A stretch of DNA of 44,406 nt, taken from the IMG/VR virus record IMGVR_UViG_3300009702_000038, positions 1 through 44,406 of that record, one strand, 5' to 3'. The stretch is from a virus. Shown in pieces: positions 18,947 to 26,583 of this stretch (the stretch's first letter is position 1; each line of letters opens with the position of its first letter). The notes under the pieces are model-generated. The model searched no databases. It saw only the letters and a list, made by a program, of their open reading frames with translations, and was not told where the DNA came from. The translations under genes were made by a program, and so were the position numbers.

Positions 18947-19392
18947 GATGCCACCTTCCTAGCTCCGTCAATGAACCCGCCAGTGTGACAGTGCGCTCGT
19001 TTGAAGTGCAGTCTGTCGTCAACGGCGTACTTCCGTTGGTTCGGCCGAAAGTAGATGTACCACTGCTTGCGGTCCTCACGAGTAGTCCCTGGAGGGTCGC
19101 TCTTGCGCTTGCGGCGTGTCTCTTGGTAGATGCTGGCGGGAATGTCGCAAAGGTCGAGACAATCATTGATGCGTTCCTTAGTCGTGGGTGTGGCCCATCC
19201 GCCGTTGTCAACCTCCACATCCCCCGTGTCCACGTAGTAGCGGAACACGACGGTCTCATGATACTTCACTGACAACTCGCCTTCAGCTAGGCCAACGGTA
19301 GTGCTTCGCTTCGTTGCGAAGTGCTTGCGCAGCTTGCTGTAGAACATGCGCGCGCGCTGTTCATTGTAATCGGTATGGTATTTGTGGGTCAT
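18943..19392 (-). CDS. Hypothetical protein (149 aa)
   Basis: ATG 19392 preceded by GGAAGGTGG. ATGA overlap with the upstream small membrane ORF. Confidence 0.6.
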   Translation of the reverse strand: MTHKYHTDYNEQRARMFYSKLRKHFATKRSTTVGLAEGELSVKYHETVVFRYYVDTGDVEVDNGGWATPTTKERINDCLDLCDIPASIYQETRRKRKSDPPGTTREDRKQWYIYFRPNQRKYAVDDRLHFKRAHCHTGGFIDGARKVAS

Positions 19393-19562
19393 GCCGCCAC
19401 CTTCCCGCGATACCCGCGAATCACACCGTACCCCGTCAGCGTCAGAATGATAAGAGACCACCACGTGACGTGGCCCATGAACAGCCCTAGCACGCTTGGG
19501 ATTAGCAGCGTATACGCTAGCGCGTTCAAGATTGCTTCTTTGTTGAATGTTCCTAGTTTCAT
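19389..19562 (-). CDS. Small membrane protein (57 aa), not in the ORF track
   Basis: Manual translation: MKLGTFNKEAILNALAYTLLIPSVLGLFMGHVTWWSLIILTLTGYGVIRGYRGKVAA. Strong SD AAGGGAGG. Two hydrophobic segments. Confidence 0.55.
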   Translation of the reverse strand: MKLGTFNKEAILNALAYTLLIPSVLGLFMGHVTWWSLIILTLTGYGVIRGYRGKVAA

Positions 19563-19574
19563 CGCATACCTCCC

Positions 19575-19994
19575 TTACAGGTCCTCATCGTCCAACTCGC
19601 TCACTGTCCACACGTTCCACCCGATGGTCCGCAAGCAGGCGTCCCACCCGCGCTCTGCAATCTCTGCAAGAGTGTCGCATGGGTCGATGTCGATGTCGCG
19701 CGTGTCGAAGTCCAAGCAAGAAAAATCGTTGACTGCTTCGTCCGCGCCCGCTTGCCGTGCGTCGTTCACGTACTGCAAAAGATTCTCACGCGCGGCAAGG
19801 GCAGCAAGGGTAAAGATTTCCTCGATTGCGTCGGAGAGGTCACGCGGCGCGAGTAGCAACACCTTATCAATCGCGTCGGAGATAGGCTCACCCACGCATC
19901 CTAACCGATTCCGGTAACCTCTGTTCTTATCCAACCGTGCCTTCTCGGCTCGCCAGCATTCAATCGTGTTTCCACTGTCTAGTTTGTTTTCCAT
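19575..19994 (-). CDS. Hypothetical acidic protein (139 aa)
   Basis: ORF with protein-like composition. Confidence 0.6.
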   Translation of the reverse strand: MENKLDSGNTIECWRAEKARLDKNRGYRNRLGCVGEPISDAIDKVLLLAPRDLSDAIEEIFTLAALAARENLLQYVNDARQAGADEAVNDFSCLDFDTRDIDIDPCDTLAEIAERGWDACLRTIGWNVWTVSELDDEDL

Positions 19995-20016
19995 CGCGCA
20001 ATCCTCCCTTTCCGTT

Positions 20017-20421
20017 CTACCGGACTACGTACACGTCCCCGTCAATGATGCTGCAATCCTCGCCATGTCCGCGCTCAGCAACTCGCTGAAACGTTCCTAT
20101 GATGGCACTGCACTCTGTCTCGCACTCTACCAACTCCGCCGCGTCGTCACCGTGCACGACTAGGATACTGTCTTGATTGTACCGCCCCGCAAGGTCACGA
20201 GCGTAGTCAATCGCTTCCAGAATGTGTCCGGGGCGGGCAAAAGCGATGATTGCAGACTCTGGACGTTCATCAAAGATGCCATCGCACTCCCTTACCGTGT
20301 CGAAGTGTTCACACCGCTCTGCATCGTCGAACGCCGCGAGGGTACACATAGCGTTATCCACAACGGTTCGCTCCGGGCGTTCCGCACTGAAAAAAATCTT
20401 TGTCGCTTTGATATGTCTCAT
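20017..20421 (-). CDS. Hypothetical protein (134 aa)
   Basis: ATG 20421 with GGAGGA 8 nt upstream (the ORF track extends to 20463). Confidence 0.6.
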   Translation of the reverse strand: MRHIKATKIFFSAERPERTVVDNAMCTLAAFDDAERCEHFDTVRECDGIFDERPESAIIAFARPGHILEAIDYARDLAGRYNQDSILVVHGDDAAELVECETECSAIIGTFQRVAERGHGEDCSIIDGDVYVVR

Positions 20422-20459
20422 CTTCGTATCCTCCTGTTCAGCTAATAACCGTTTGTCTC

Positions 20460-20681
20460 TCAAAATGTAGGGGCGTCGAACAAATCGAACAAATCGCTAG
20501 GATGGTTCGCCGCTCGTTCCGAGTCAACTCTGCGCAGTCCGTCGATGCCATCATAGCGAGGGACGAACGCTGCGCCGTCTTGGAAGTGGGGAACCTCACA
20601 CACTGGACAGAACGGTTCGTTTCGTTCCGTGCCACATGCGAGGCACACAAGGTGGAAGTTAGTCAACACGTAGTACTTCAT
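20460..20681 (-). CDS. Small Cys-rich (zinc-ribbon-like) protein (73 aa)
   Basis: CLACG...CPVC pairs. ATGA overlap with the sigma-factor stop. Confidence 0.55.
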   Translation of the reverse strand: MKYYVLTNFHLVCLACGTERNEPFCPVCEVPHFQDGAAFVPRYDGIDGLRRVDSERAANHPSDLFDLFDAPTF

Positions 20682-21190
20682 AGCACGGCCTTTCGCAGTT
20701 GATTTTTGAGTTGGGACACGCGGCCCGGAGAGAGGCCTAGCTGCTTGGCTACGTCCTGTCCGCTGTAGCCTTGGTAGGTTAGCTCAGCCACGGTGCGCAG
20801 GGCGGTAGGAAGGGCGTCTAGGCGCTCCCTTGCATCGTACAGCGTCAAGGCGTCACTGTCTGCGCTGGCGTGCTGTTCCGTGTCAGTGTGGACAGTCGCA
20901 TCATGATGCTTGGCTACTGTCCTCTTGAGGTAGTTAGCGACGGCCCATCGGATGCGCTGCTTTGCGTATGCCTCAAAAGGAACGCCCCGCGCCGCGTCGA
21001 AGGCCTTTACCGCCGCGAGTAAGCCAAGAGCGCCTTCCTGTATAAGGTCGTCACGGTGCCCCGTGCGCTCGCTGGCGATGACAACTAGCAGACCCTCAAA
21101 TCTGCCATAGATGCGAGCAAAGGTCCGCTCGTCCGGCTTAGCTTAGTAACGCTGGACTAGCTCGGCTAGTGTCTCTTGGGTCTGTTTCAT
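20678..21190 (-). CDS. Sigma-70-family (group 4/ECF-like, regions 2 and 4) sigma factor with an in-frame TAA at 21143..21145
   Basis: Manual translation: MKQTQETLAELVQRY*AKPDERTFARIYGRFEGLL...DDLIQEGALGLLAAVKAFD...FEAYAKQRIRWAV (region 2) ...ELTYQGYSGQDVAKQLGLSPGRVSQL (region 4 HTH). There is no ATG/GTG/TTG between the TAA and region 2, so the gene is absent from the ORF track. Confidence 0.75.
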
Positions 21191-21801
21191 CGTCCGTTCC
21201 CCTCTTTGTTGAATGCCAGTTGTTCACGCCATTGGGCGCGGTCTGCTTCTGTCCTGCAATGGGGCTCCCATATGTACTTTCGCCCCGTCGCCATACTCCA
21301 AGCCTGACACTGAGCCATCTCCCAACGGATACGGACGAACCTAGTGTCTCGTGTCTTGGGAAGCTCGGAAAACTTGCGATTGCTGCTCCCTGAAAACCAG
21401 TCGCGGAACGTTCCGTCATTCAATGGTTGGTCAAGTATCCCGGGATTCTCAACAATGATGCGGGCGAGGTCCGTCAAGAGGTCGGCTACTTCGGCGCGTT
21501 GTTTGGCGACCTTGGCGATGGCCCTGCGCTTGCGGTCAATGGCCTTGCGGCCATCTAGGAGCGTCTTGTCCGCCGTCTTGGCTACGCAACTGCTACCGAC
21601 TCGGAACCGGTTCCCACCCGCTTCCGCGATGACATAGGCGTTTTTGATGGCGGTTCCGCAATGGTCGCATACGCCCCCCGCCTGCTCTGGCGCACCTGGC
21701 GCTGCACGGAAACCAAGATGCTCGAAACCGACGACGCGGAAAGGTGCAACTCCGCAACCAGTAGACTCAAAAGGATGGATTTTTGATTTTTCAGTTTTCA
21801 T
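21187..21801 (-). CDS. Hypothetical protein (204 aa)
   Basis: ORF. Its stop overlaps the ATG of the sigma-factor leader (ATGA). Confidence 0.65.
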   Translation of the reverse strand: MKTEKSKIHPFESTGCGVAPFRVVGFEHLGFRAAPGAPEQAGGVCDHCGTAIKNAYVIAEAGGNRFRVGSSCVAKTADKTLLDGRKAIDRKRRAIAKVAKQRAEVADLLTDLARIIVENPGILDQPLNDGTFRDWFSGSSNRKFSELPKTRDTRFVRIRWEMAQCQAWSMATGRKYIWEPHCRTEADRAQWREQLAFNKEGNGR

Positions 21802-21963
21802 ACGTTCACCGTGGCATACCTATCCCCAGGCGTCAACAGGTATTTAGGCGTCGGTCAAAAAAAGTTTGGACATACGTTATGTGACACTACGTGACCATAC
21901 GTTGCCACATACGTAGCGCCACGCAGAACAGCCTCCCCGATTCGTGAAAAATCTCAGGAGGTC

Positions 21964-21989
21964 CTTGATACGGGAAGCGTTTTCCCATA
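21964..21989. promoter_or_regulatory. Copy M1 of a 26-bp motif containing GGAA-N5-TTCC
   Basis: CTTGATACGGGAAGCGTTTTCCCATA. Near-identical copies lie at 22033 and 38023. Confidence 0.45.
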
Positions 21990-22032
21990 CGGGTTTCACC
22001 GTCAGTGAAATCAGGAAAAAAATGAAAAGGCG

Positions 22033-22058
22033 CTTGATAGTGGAAGCGTTTTCCCACA
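22033..22058. promoter_or_regulatory. Copy M2 of the 26-bp motif
   Basis: CTTGATAGTGGAAGCGTTTTCCCACA, 69 bp from M1, in the 280-bp gap upstream of the 204-aa/sigma genes. Confidence 0.45.
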
Positions 22059-22081
22059 AATATGAATGCGTTACCTTGCTA

Positions 22082-22579
22082 TCAGCGAAAGGTTTTGCTA
22101 ACAGAGTTGCGGTACACGACGCGGTTCAGCAGACCACCAGGCGGGGCATGTACGATACGCATCGAGTATCTCCACCCCGACTCGCTCGCTCGTGGCGTGC
22201 GGTGTGGCATGCCGTGGTACGGAAAGAAGAGGCCTAGCGGTACTTCCTCGATGCGCTGACCAAAGGTAGCAAACTTCACCTGCTCGGGGTCGTGGCCTTC
22301 CACGTAAATCCAACTGTAGGGGGCGACATCTACACGCCACGCGTCATCCGTTCGCCAAGCATCCTCCGCCTCTGGGCAACAGTACGCACCAACCCAGTCG
22401 CAGATAACACTTACCTGTACCTCTAGCCCGTGGTCGGGAGTGAGGTAGCCCTTCTCGTTGGCGTACAGCAGCAGGTCGTGCGACTTGGCGCCTCCGTGCG
22501 TGTAGACAAACGAGGCCCTGGCTTTGTCGATGCGCGTAGGCTCGTCGGGCCACAAGGGTGGGGATGGGGGCTTATTCAA
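22082..22579 (-). CDS. Hypothetical protein (165 aa)
   Basis: The ORF track gives 22082..22675. The likely start is TTG 22579, directly after GGAGAGGGAAG and overlapping the upstream stop. Confidence 0.55.
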   Translation of the reverse strand: MNKPPSPPLWPDEPTRIDKARASFVYTHGGAKSHDLLLYANEKGYLTPDHGLEVQVSVICDWVGAYCCPEAEDAWRTDDAWRVDVAPYSWIYVEGHDPEQVKFATFGQRIEEVPLGLFFPYHGMPHRTPRASESGWRYSMRIVHAPPGGLLNRVVYRNSVSKTFR

Positions 22580-22886
22580 CTTCCCTCTCCATGCGGTGCC
22601 AAAAGAGGGCTGTGTCGTAGATGTCAGTGAGCCACCGTTCGATGCTGGCATCATCCATCGAACCAAGAACCACATAATCTAGCTTGTACATAGAAGCTAG
22701 CTTCTCCTCAGTATCAAAGGCGGGAAACCAGATAGCCACACCAGTGCCGGTCATTCCCGTTTCCCAGTACGGTGTAGGGAGTACTGCATGGGCGATGTCC
22801 ACAAAGCGCTTGTAGTCCGCAGCGGCAAGGCCCGCCTTTTCCACCCTAAGCCTTTCAAAGAGAGCGTGCATATTACTTCGTTTCAT
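22572..22886 (-). CDS. Hypothetical protein (104 aa)
   Basis: ORF with an ATGA-type overlap with the upstream gene. Confidence 0.6.
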   Translation of the reverse strand: MKRSNMHALFERLRVEKAGLAAADYKRFVDIAHAVLPTPYWETGMTGTGVAIWFPAFDTEEKLASMYKLDYVVLGSMDDASIERWLTDIYDTALFWHRMEREVE

Positions 22887-23131
22887 TCTGCGTCTCTTTC
22901 TTTACAAACTTTAGCAAACTCTGCCATCTCCAGCAAGGCGCTGATTTCAACTTGCCGCTGCACCGGCATAGCTTGCATGCCCACGTAGTCGCACGCCGCC
23001 TCTAGCCGCTCACATTCTTGGACAGCCTCTAAGAGCGTCAAGTACACGGCGCCAATGCGCGAGTCCTGTTGCTCAGTCTTGTACGTGATAATCCACACGT
23101 TGACTAGATTCAGTCTTTGTTGTTTCATCAT
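22883..23131 (-). CDS. Hypothetical protein (82 aa)
   Basis: ORF with AGGAG upstream of ATG 23131. Confidence 0.6.
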   Translation of the reverse strand: MMKQQRLNLVNVWIITYKTEQQDSRIGAVYLTLLEAVQECERLEAACDYVGMQAMPVQRQVEISALLEMAEFAKVCKERDAE

Positions 23132-23189
23132 TCATTCTCCTCTTCGACAAGAACCCCTGCCCCCCACAATCATCACATTCGAGAGTCAT
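23073..23189 (-). CDS. Possible mini-protein (38 aa) with a DnaJ-type CxxCxGxG motif
   Basis: MTLECDDCGGQGFLSKRR... ATGA-coupled to the upstream membrane ORF, but it overlaps the next gene by 59 nt. Confidence 0.3.
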   Translation of the reverse strand: MTLECDDCGGQGFLSKRRMNDETTKTESSQRVDYHVQD

Positions 23190-23377
23190 ATGTCCATCCC
23201 CATGCTTGATGGAGGCTTTGGCACGCCGGGCACCTTGCACTTGTAGAGCAGATGCCACCAAGGCAAAACCGCCACTTCGTAAAGCGCAACGCCGATGGTG
23301 CCTAGGGCGCAGGTGGCAACCGCAAGCACCAAGGGCAACAGGAGAAGGGCAACAAGTATGTACAACAAGAGCATCAC
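23186..23377 (-). CDS. Small membrane protein (63 aa)
   Basis: MMLLLYILVALLLLPLVLAVATCALGTIGVAL... Strongly hydrophobic N-terminal half. Confidence 0.6.
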   Translation of the reverse strand: MMLLLYILVALLLLPLVLAVATCALGTIGVALYEVAVLPWWHLLYKCKVPGVPKPPSSMGMDI

Positions 23378-23622
23378 TTCCCCACTTTCCTGTCAACATC
23401 CCAGTTACATGGGAGGTTACGTAAGTCGTACCCACATCTATCTGAGAGAAGCTGTTCGAGTGTGTCATAATACATGGTGGGAGTGTGCCATCCTGACCAT
23501 GCCCATTTTTGTTCATCATGCTCGAACCACACATGCCCCGGCCAGATGAAGTCTCTATTTACGGTATTACTATCTCCGTCGAGCGTTAGGCCACCTTTGT
23601 TTACACGATAGAGCATCATCAT
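23374..23622 (-). CDS. Hypothetical protein (82 aa)
   Basis: ATG 23622 preceded by GAGGAGGAGGA. ATGA overlap with the upstream stop (the track ORF extends to 23691). Confidence 0.6.
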   Translation of the reverse strand: MMMLYRVNKGGLTLDGDSNTVNRDFIWPGHVWFEHDEQKWAWSGWHTPTMYYDTLEQLLSDRCGYDLRNLPCNWDVDRKVGK

Positions 23623-23942
23623 TCCTCCTCCTCTTTGAGCACTACTGCTGGTTCTTCTTCTACCCGCACGAGGCGTGCGATGAACCTGCACGCATCACGC
23701 TTAGTCTTGAATGTGTGGACGCCACCACCGGGGAGGAGCACATCCCACCCCTTTCCGCTTACCTTACCTAGGTGCTTGCGCAGGAGGCACTTGACGCCTG
23801 TGTCGTTCTCCGCCCAGAAGTCGGGAGGCTTGCGCGCGGCCCTCGTTAGGAGCACGCCTTCGTACTCTTGCTCAGTGCCCACGGCGGTGCGGCATGCAGA
23901 GGGCAAGACCACCCACTTGATGCGTTTCTTGTGCTTATTCAT
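23619..23942 (-). CDS. Hypothetical protein (107 aa)
   Basis: ORF in the collinear early block. Confidence 0.6.
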   Translation of the reverse strand: MNKHKKRIKWVVLPSACRTAVGTEQEYEGVLLTRAARKPPDFWAENDTGVKCLLRKHLGKVSGKGWDVLLPGGGVHTFKTKRDACRFIARLVRVEEEPAVVLKEEEE

Positions 23943-24174
23943 AGGCGCCGTCCAGTACGTCAGTGAGCATCGCGATGAGGTCTCGCACTTGTGCGGGGTT
24001 CTTGAGGGTTATGATGGAAGGGGGCGAATAACTGATGAGAGTTCCAGCCAAGCTACTTGGCATGGGTGGCCTCTCGTAGACCAGCACACTTTCCGCTTGC
24101 TTCCCGTTGGTGTGGGTGTAGCTCACTTCGAGATTGCCTCGCACAAACGTCAGAGTCTCCTGGACTTCTTTCAT
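23935..24174 (-). CDS. Hypothetical protein (79 aa)
   Basis: ORF in the collinear early block. Confidence 0.55.
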   Translation of the reverse strand: MKEVQETLTFVRGNLEVSYTHTNGKQAESVLVYERPPMPSSLAGTLISYSPPSIITLKNPAQVRDLIAMLTDVLDGAYE

Positions 24175-24359
24175 CGCAACTCTCCTGTTTCCCAGGCCTT
24201 GTGTCTGTCGAAGGTTACGTCATACTGCTCAACCGTAGGGGTGCCTAACATTACCCATACCCGGGCCTCAGCGGTGCGCCGCATACGGACAAAGACTTGG
24301 TTCTCCTGCCGCAGCTCGTACAGCGCCTCGCGCAGGCTCATGCGTTCCGCATAGGTCAT
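24171..24359 (-). CDS. Hypothetical protein (62 aa)
   Basis: ATG 24359 in an ATGA overlap with the upstream lipoprotein gene. Confidence 0.55.
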   Translation of the reverse strand: MTYAERMSLREALYELRQENQVFVRMRRTAEARVWVMLGTPTVEQYDVTFDRHKAWETGELR

Positions 24360-24715
24360 CGCAAATCCTTCTGTGCAACAGCACAATCAAAATCGTTGCA
24401 GGCCTCAACAGAAAAGAGGACAGCTCCAGGGGAATCAACGTACACAACACGGTCCTCCGTGATGCCCCTGTCCCACCAGGCCAACGTATCGTTGTAGAAG
24501 GCCTCGACCGAGGTCGCGTTGTGGGCGATGATGGTGCAGCGATTCTTTTCCACGGGAACATCACAGACCACACGAACAGTCGGGGCGCCGTCCAGGCTTG
24601 AGGCCCCTTCGTCCCCACACCCACTAAACGAGAAGGCGATGGCTAGGCTTGCGGCCCAACACAGTAGGAACCAGGCGGCCCATCCTAGTTTGCGTGCGGT
24701 GGGATGGAGTCTCAT
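24356..24715 (-). CDS. Predicted lipoprotein (119 aa)
   Basis: Signal peptide plus lipobox: ...AASLAIAFSFSGC-GDEG. Confidence 0.65.
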   Translation of the reverse strand: MRLHPTARKLGWAAWFLLCWAASLAIAFSFSGCGDEGASSLDGAPTVRVVCDVPVEKNRCTIIAHNATSVEAFYNDTLAWWDRGITEDRVVYVDSPGAVLFSVEACNDFDCAVAQKDLR

Positions 24716-24966
24716 GAGTACACCCTTTCCAGCTCATGCGAGAGCATGCAGGTCACGGTGCCTGAGTCGTCGAAGTCCACGGTCCAGATAGGGTCGTTAT
24801 AGAAGTTGGTATCGCGCCTCACGATGATGCCTTCGCAATCAAGGAAGGGGCCTTGCAGGACGCACCGAACCCGGTCGCCTACGCCAAAGTTACGCTTACG
24901 GGCTTTCAGCTCTTCCAGGTCATCGGGGCCGTAGCCGTTGATGCGGTCAAATACATCCTTAGTCAT
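24712..24966 (-). CDS. Small protein with a KOW-like motif (84 aa)
   Basis: GDRVRCVLQGPFLDCEGIIV resembles the NusG/KOW pattern G-x-V-x-I-x-x-G-P-F-x-G. Confidence 0.55.
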   Translation of the reverse strand: MTKDVFDRINGYGPDDLEELKARKRNFGVGDRVRCVLQGPFLDCEGIIVRRDTNFYNDPIWTVDFDDSGTVTCMLSHELERVYS

Positions 24967-26135
24967 TAGTTAGTCTCCTCGACACCTAGTTGGTAGTGTC
25001 CGCGCTGCGTGTTTGTTTGCCCACCAAGCTGGAAAGGCTTGCTGGCGTCGTAGAGGCCTCTGCCGTACCATCCCAGAACCCATTCATTGTTGGGCTCGTC
25101 ATAGCCGATGGAGATACGCTGGTTCTCTCCCTTGTTGGGCCATGTCCAGTAGAGTACTTCCTGCGTGCGATTGCTTCCAAGCTGCACCTGCGGGCCTGCC
25201 ACACCGCCCCGGTCATACCGGAAAGTAGCGTAGCCGTGCTGGAAGCCGATGGCCTCTGCGCGGGATGCAAGGTCTAGGTTCTTGGGCAAACTGCCGCCGA
25301 CAACCAGAGAAAGCGTTGAAGGAATAGTATTCGTTGCGGTGCCCTCGACAATCACGCCTGCGTAGAGACTCTGATTGACAAGCGAATCTTCTCCGATTCC
25401 TTGCACCGTGTTTGCTTCGATGTATGCACCAAAAACATGATTCCCGAAACTAGACGAGTCATCAATGCCATAATCACAGTGCGTGATTTCAAGCCCTGAG
25501 AGAGTGCCAACATTAGCGTCTCCCCCCTCGAACGCTATAGCCGTACCGCAAGAAGCCGCCCGAAACTCTCGAACCTGAATAGCGTTGACATTCTTGTACG
25601 CCCCGCTTGCGTTTAGGATCCCCGTCGAGTCCGCTAGTACGCAGGTGCCGAGAAGTTGGCAATAGACGTTTTCCAAACGAACACCATGCCCCATATCGAA
25701 GCCAACAGCGTCATAGTCAGGGGTTAGCTGATTCAACGCAGTCGTCACTTCGACGTTCTCGACCTTCGACCATCCCGCATCTGAGGTAAACTCGAACGCT
25801 GTAACGCCTCCGCCTACTAGCACATTCGAGCCATTGAAATCTAGGTGGATGCGCTTCGTGACCTGCACGCCTTGCTCGAAGAGAAGGGTAGACCCTGCCG
25901 GGACATCTATCTTGTAGGCGGTGCGGTCCATGCTTGGGGCGGCGTCAATGCACGCCTGCACTGTCTCAGAAGCGTCATACTGCCCCGACACATCAAGACA
26001 CTGGTCACACCATTCTACCTCGCCTGGGGCGCACGCAGTAGAGAGAAGGGAACACTCTGGTGTCGTTGCTCCCCCTAAGAAAAGGAACAGCAGAAGAGAG
26101 AGATGACTACGCCTGAATGCGGTCTTGTGCATCAC
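24966..26135 (-). CDS. Secreted right-handed beta-helix (pectate-lyase-fold-like) protein (389 aa)
   Basis: N-terminal signal peptide (RRSHLSLLLFLFLGGA). Repetitive short beta-strand pattern rich in G/N/V/T. Encoded in the early block, not the tail module. Confidence 0.6.
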   Translation of the reverse strand: MMHKTAFRRSHLSLLLFLFLGGATTPECSLLSTACAPGEVEWCDQCLDVSGQYDASETVQACIDAAPSMDRTAYKIDVPAGSTLLFEQGVQVTKRIHLDFNGSNVLVGGGVTAFEFTSDAGWSKVENVEVTTALNQLTPDYDAVGFDMGHGVRLENVYCQLLGTCVLADSTGILNASGAYKNVNAIQVREFRAASCGTAIAFEGGDANVGTLSGLEITHCDYGIDDSSSFGNHVFGAYIEANTVQGIGEDSLVNQSLYAGVIVEGTATNTIPSTLSLVVGGSLPKNLDLASRAEAIGFQHGYATFRYDRGGVAGPQVQLGSNRTQEVLYWTWPNKGENQRISIGYDEPNNEWVLGWYGRGLYDASKPFQLGGQTNTQRGHYQLGVEETN

Positions 26136-26275
26136 TTACCCCTGCGCTTCTTTGAAATCTCGATGGCGATGATTTGATTGCGCGCCTTCTCGCGGCTTGA
26201 GTGCGTTCCCAGTCGCTTGCCGCTTGGCTCGACGACGAGAAACTTTGAACCTTGTTTCTTGATTTTCAATGGCAT
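26132..26275 (-). CDS. Small basic protein (47 aa), not in the ORF track
   Basis: Manual translation: MPLKIKKQGSKFLVVEPSGKRLGTHSSREKARNQIIAIEISKKRRGK. Its stop overlaps the next start. Confidence 0.5.
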   Translation of the reverse strand: MPLKIKKQGSKFLVVEPSGKRLGTHSSREKARNQIIAIEISKKRRGK

Positions 26276-26548
26276 TTATTCACCTTCACCTTCCGTAAGG
26301 ATATCGAGAGCGTCGGGGACGTATTGCCCACAGTCGGGGCAGTCAAGCAACTGGCCGGAACCTTGTAGCTCATGCCCCCCCACGAGGACAAGCATCTCGT
26401 CCACACTCTGCGCGAGGTCCTCCGCTGCCCGCTGGACAACGGTTCTGTCTTGCCGGACGGCGGCGCTAAGCAAACGAGCGACGGCAACAGTGATTGCTCG
26501 CTCCAGGCGGCGCCGCGTCGTGTGGTATATTTGCGTCTCAGTTGCCAT
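26276..26548 (-). CDS. Hypothetical protein (90 aa)
   Basis: The ATG at 26548 abuts promoter-like element E5. C-terminal CPDCG motif. Confidence 0.6.
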   Translation of the reverse strand: MATETQIYHTTRRRLERAITVAVARLLSAAVRQDRTVVQRAAEDLAQSVDEMLVLVGGHELQGSGQLLDCPDCGQYVPDALDILTEGEGE

Positions 26549-26583
26549 AACTAACGTATCCCTTCATCAGCCTCAATATTTAG
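26549..26583 (-). promoter_or_regulatory. Copy E5 of the conserved promoter-like element
   Basis: Gene orientation: CTAAATATTG-N12-GGATACGTTAGTT-ATG. It overlaps the 3' end of the upstream CDS. Confidence 0.5.

Noticed and set aside
15928-21190. Genome-wide reassignment of TAA to a sense codon as the explanation for the two in-frame TAAs
   Set aside because: TAA ends many well-defined genes here, often in TAATG overlaps with the next start (3844, 8925, 39908, 43156) or directly before the next gene (9303, 10059, 11295). It therefore works as a normal stop.
21964-22058. The two 26-bp repeats as a mini CRISPR array
   Set aside because: There are only two adjacent copies (the third is 16 kb away). 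The spacing is 69 bp, no cas genes are present, and the repeats are not identical.
21877-22237. ORFs 21877..22059 (-) and 21944..22237 (+)
   Set aside because: They span the intergenic repeat region. Their internal peptide repeats (WENAS...) simply mirror the duplicated 26-bp DNA motif. They have no SD and no protein-like composition.
23073-23534. 153-aa ORF on the minus strand
   Set aside because: It overlaps the better-supported coupled genes 23186..23377 and 23374..23622 in another frame. Only its last 38 codons (ATGA-coupled, CxxCxGxG motif) were kept, as a low-confidence feature.
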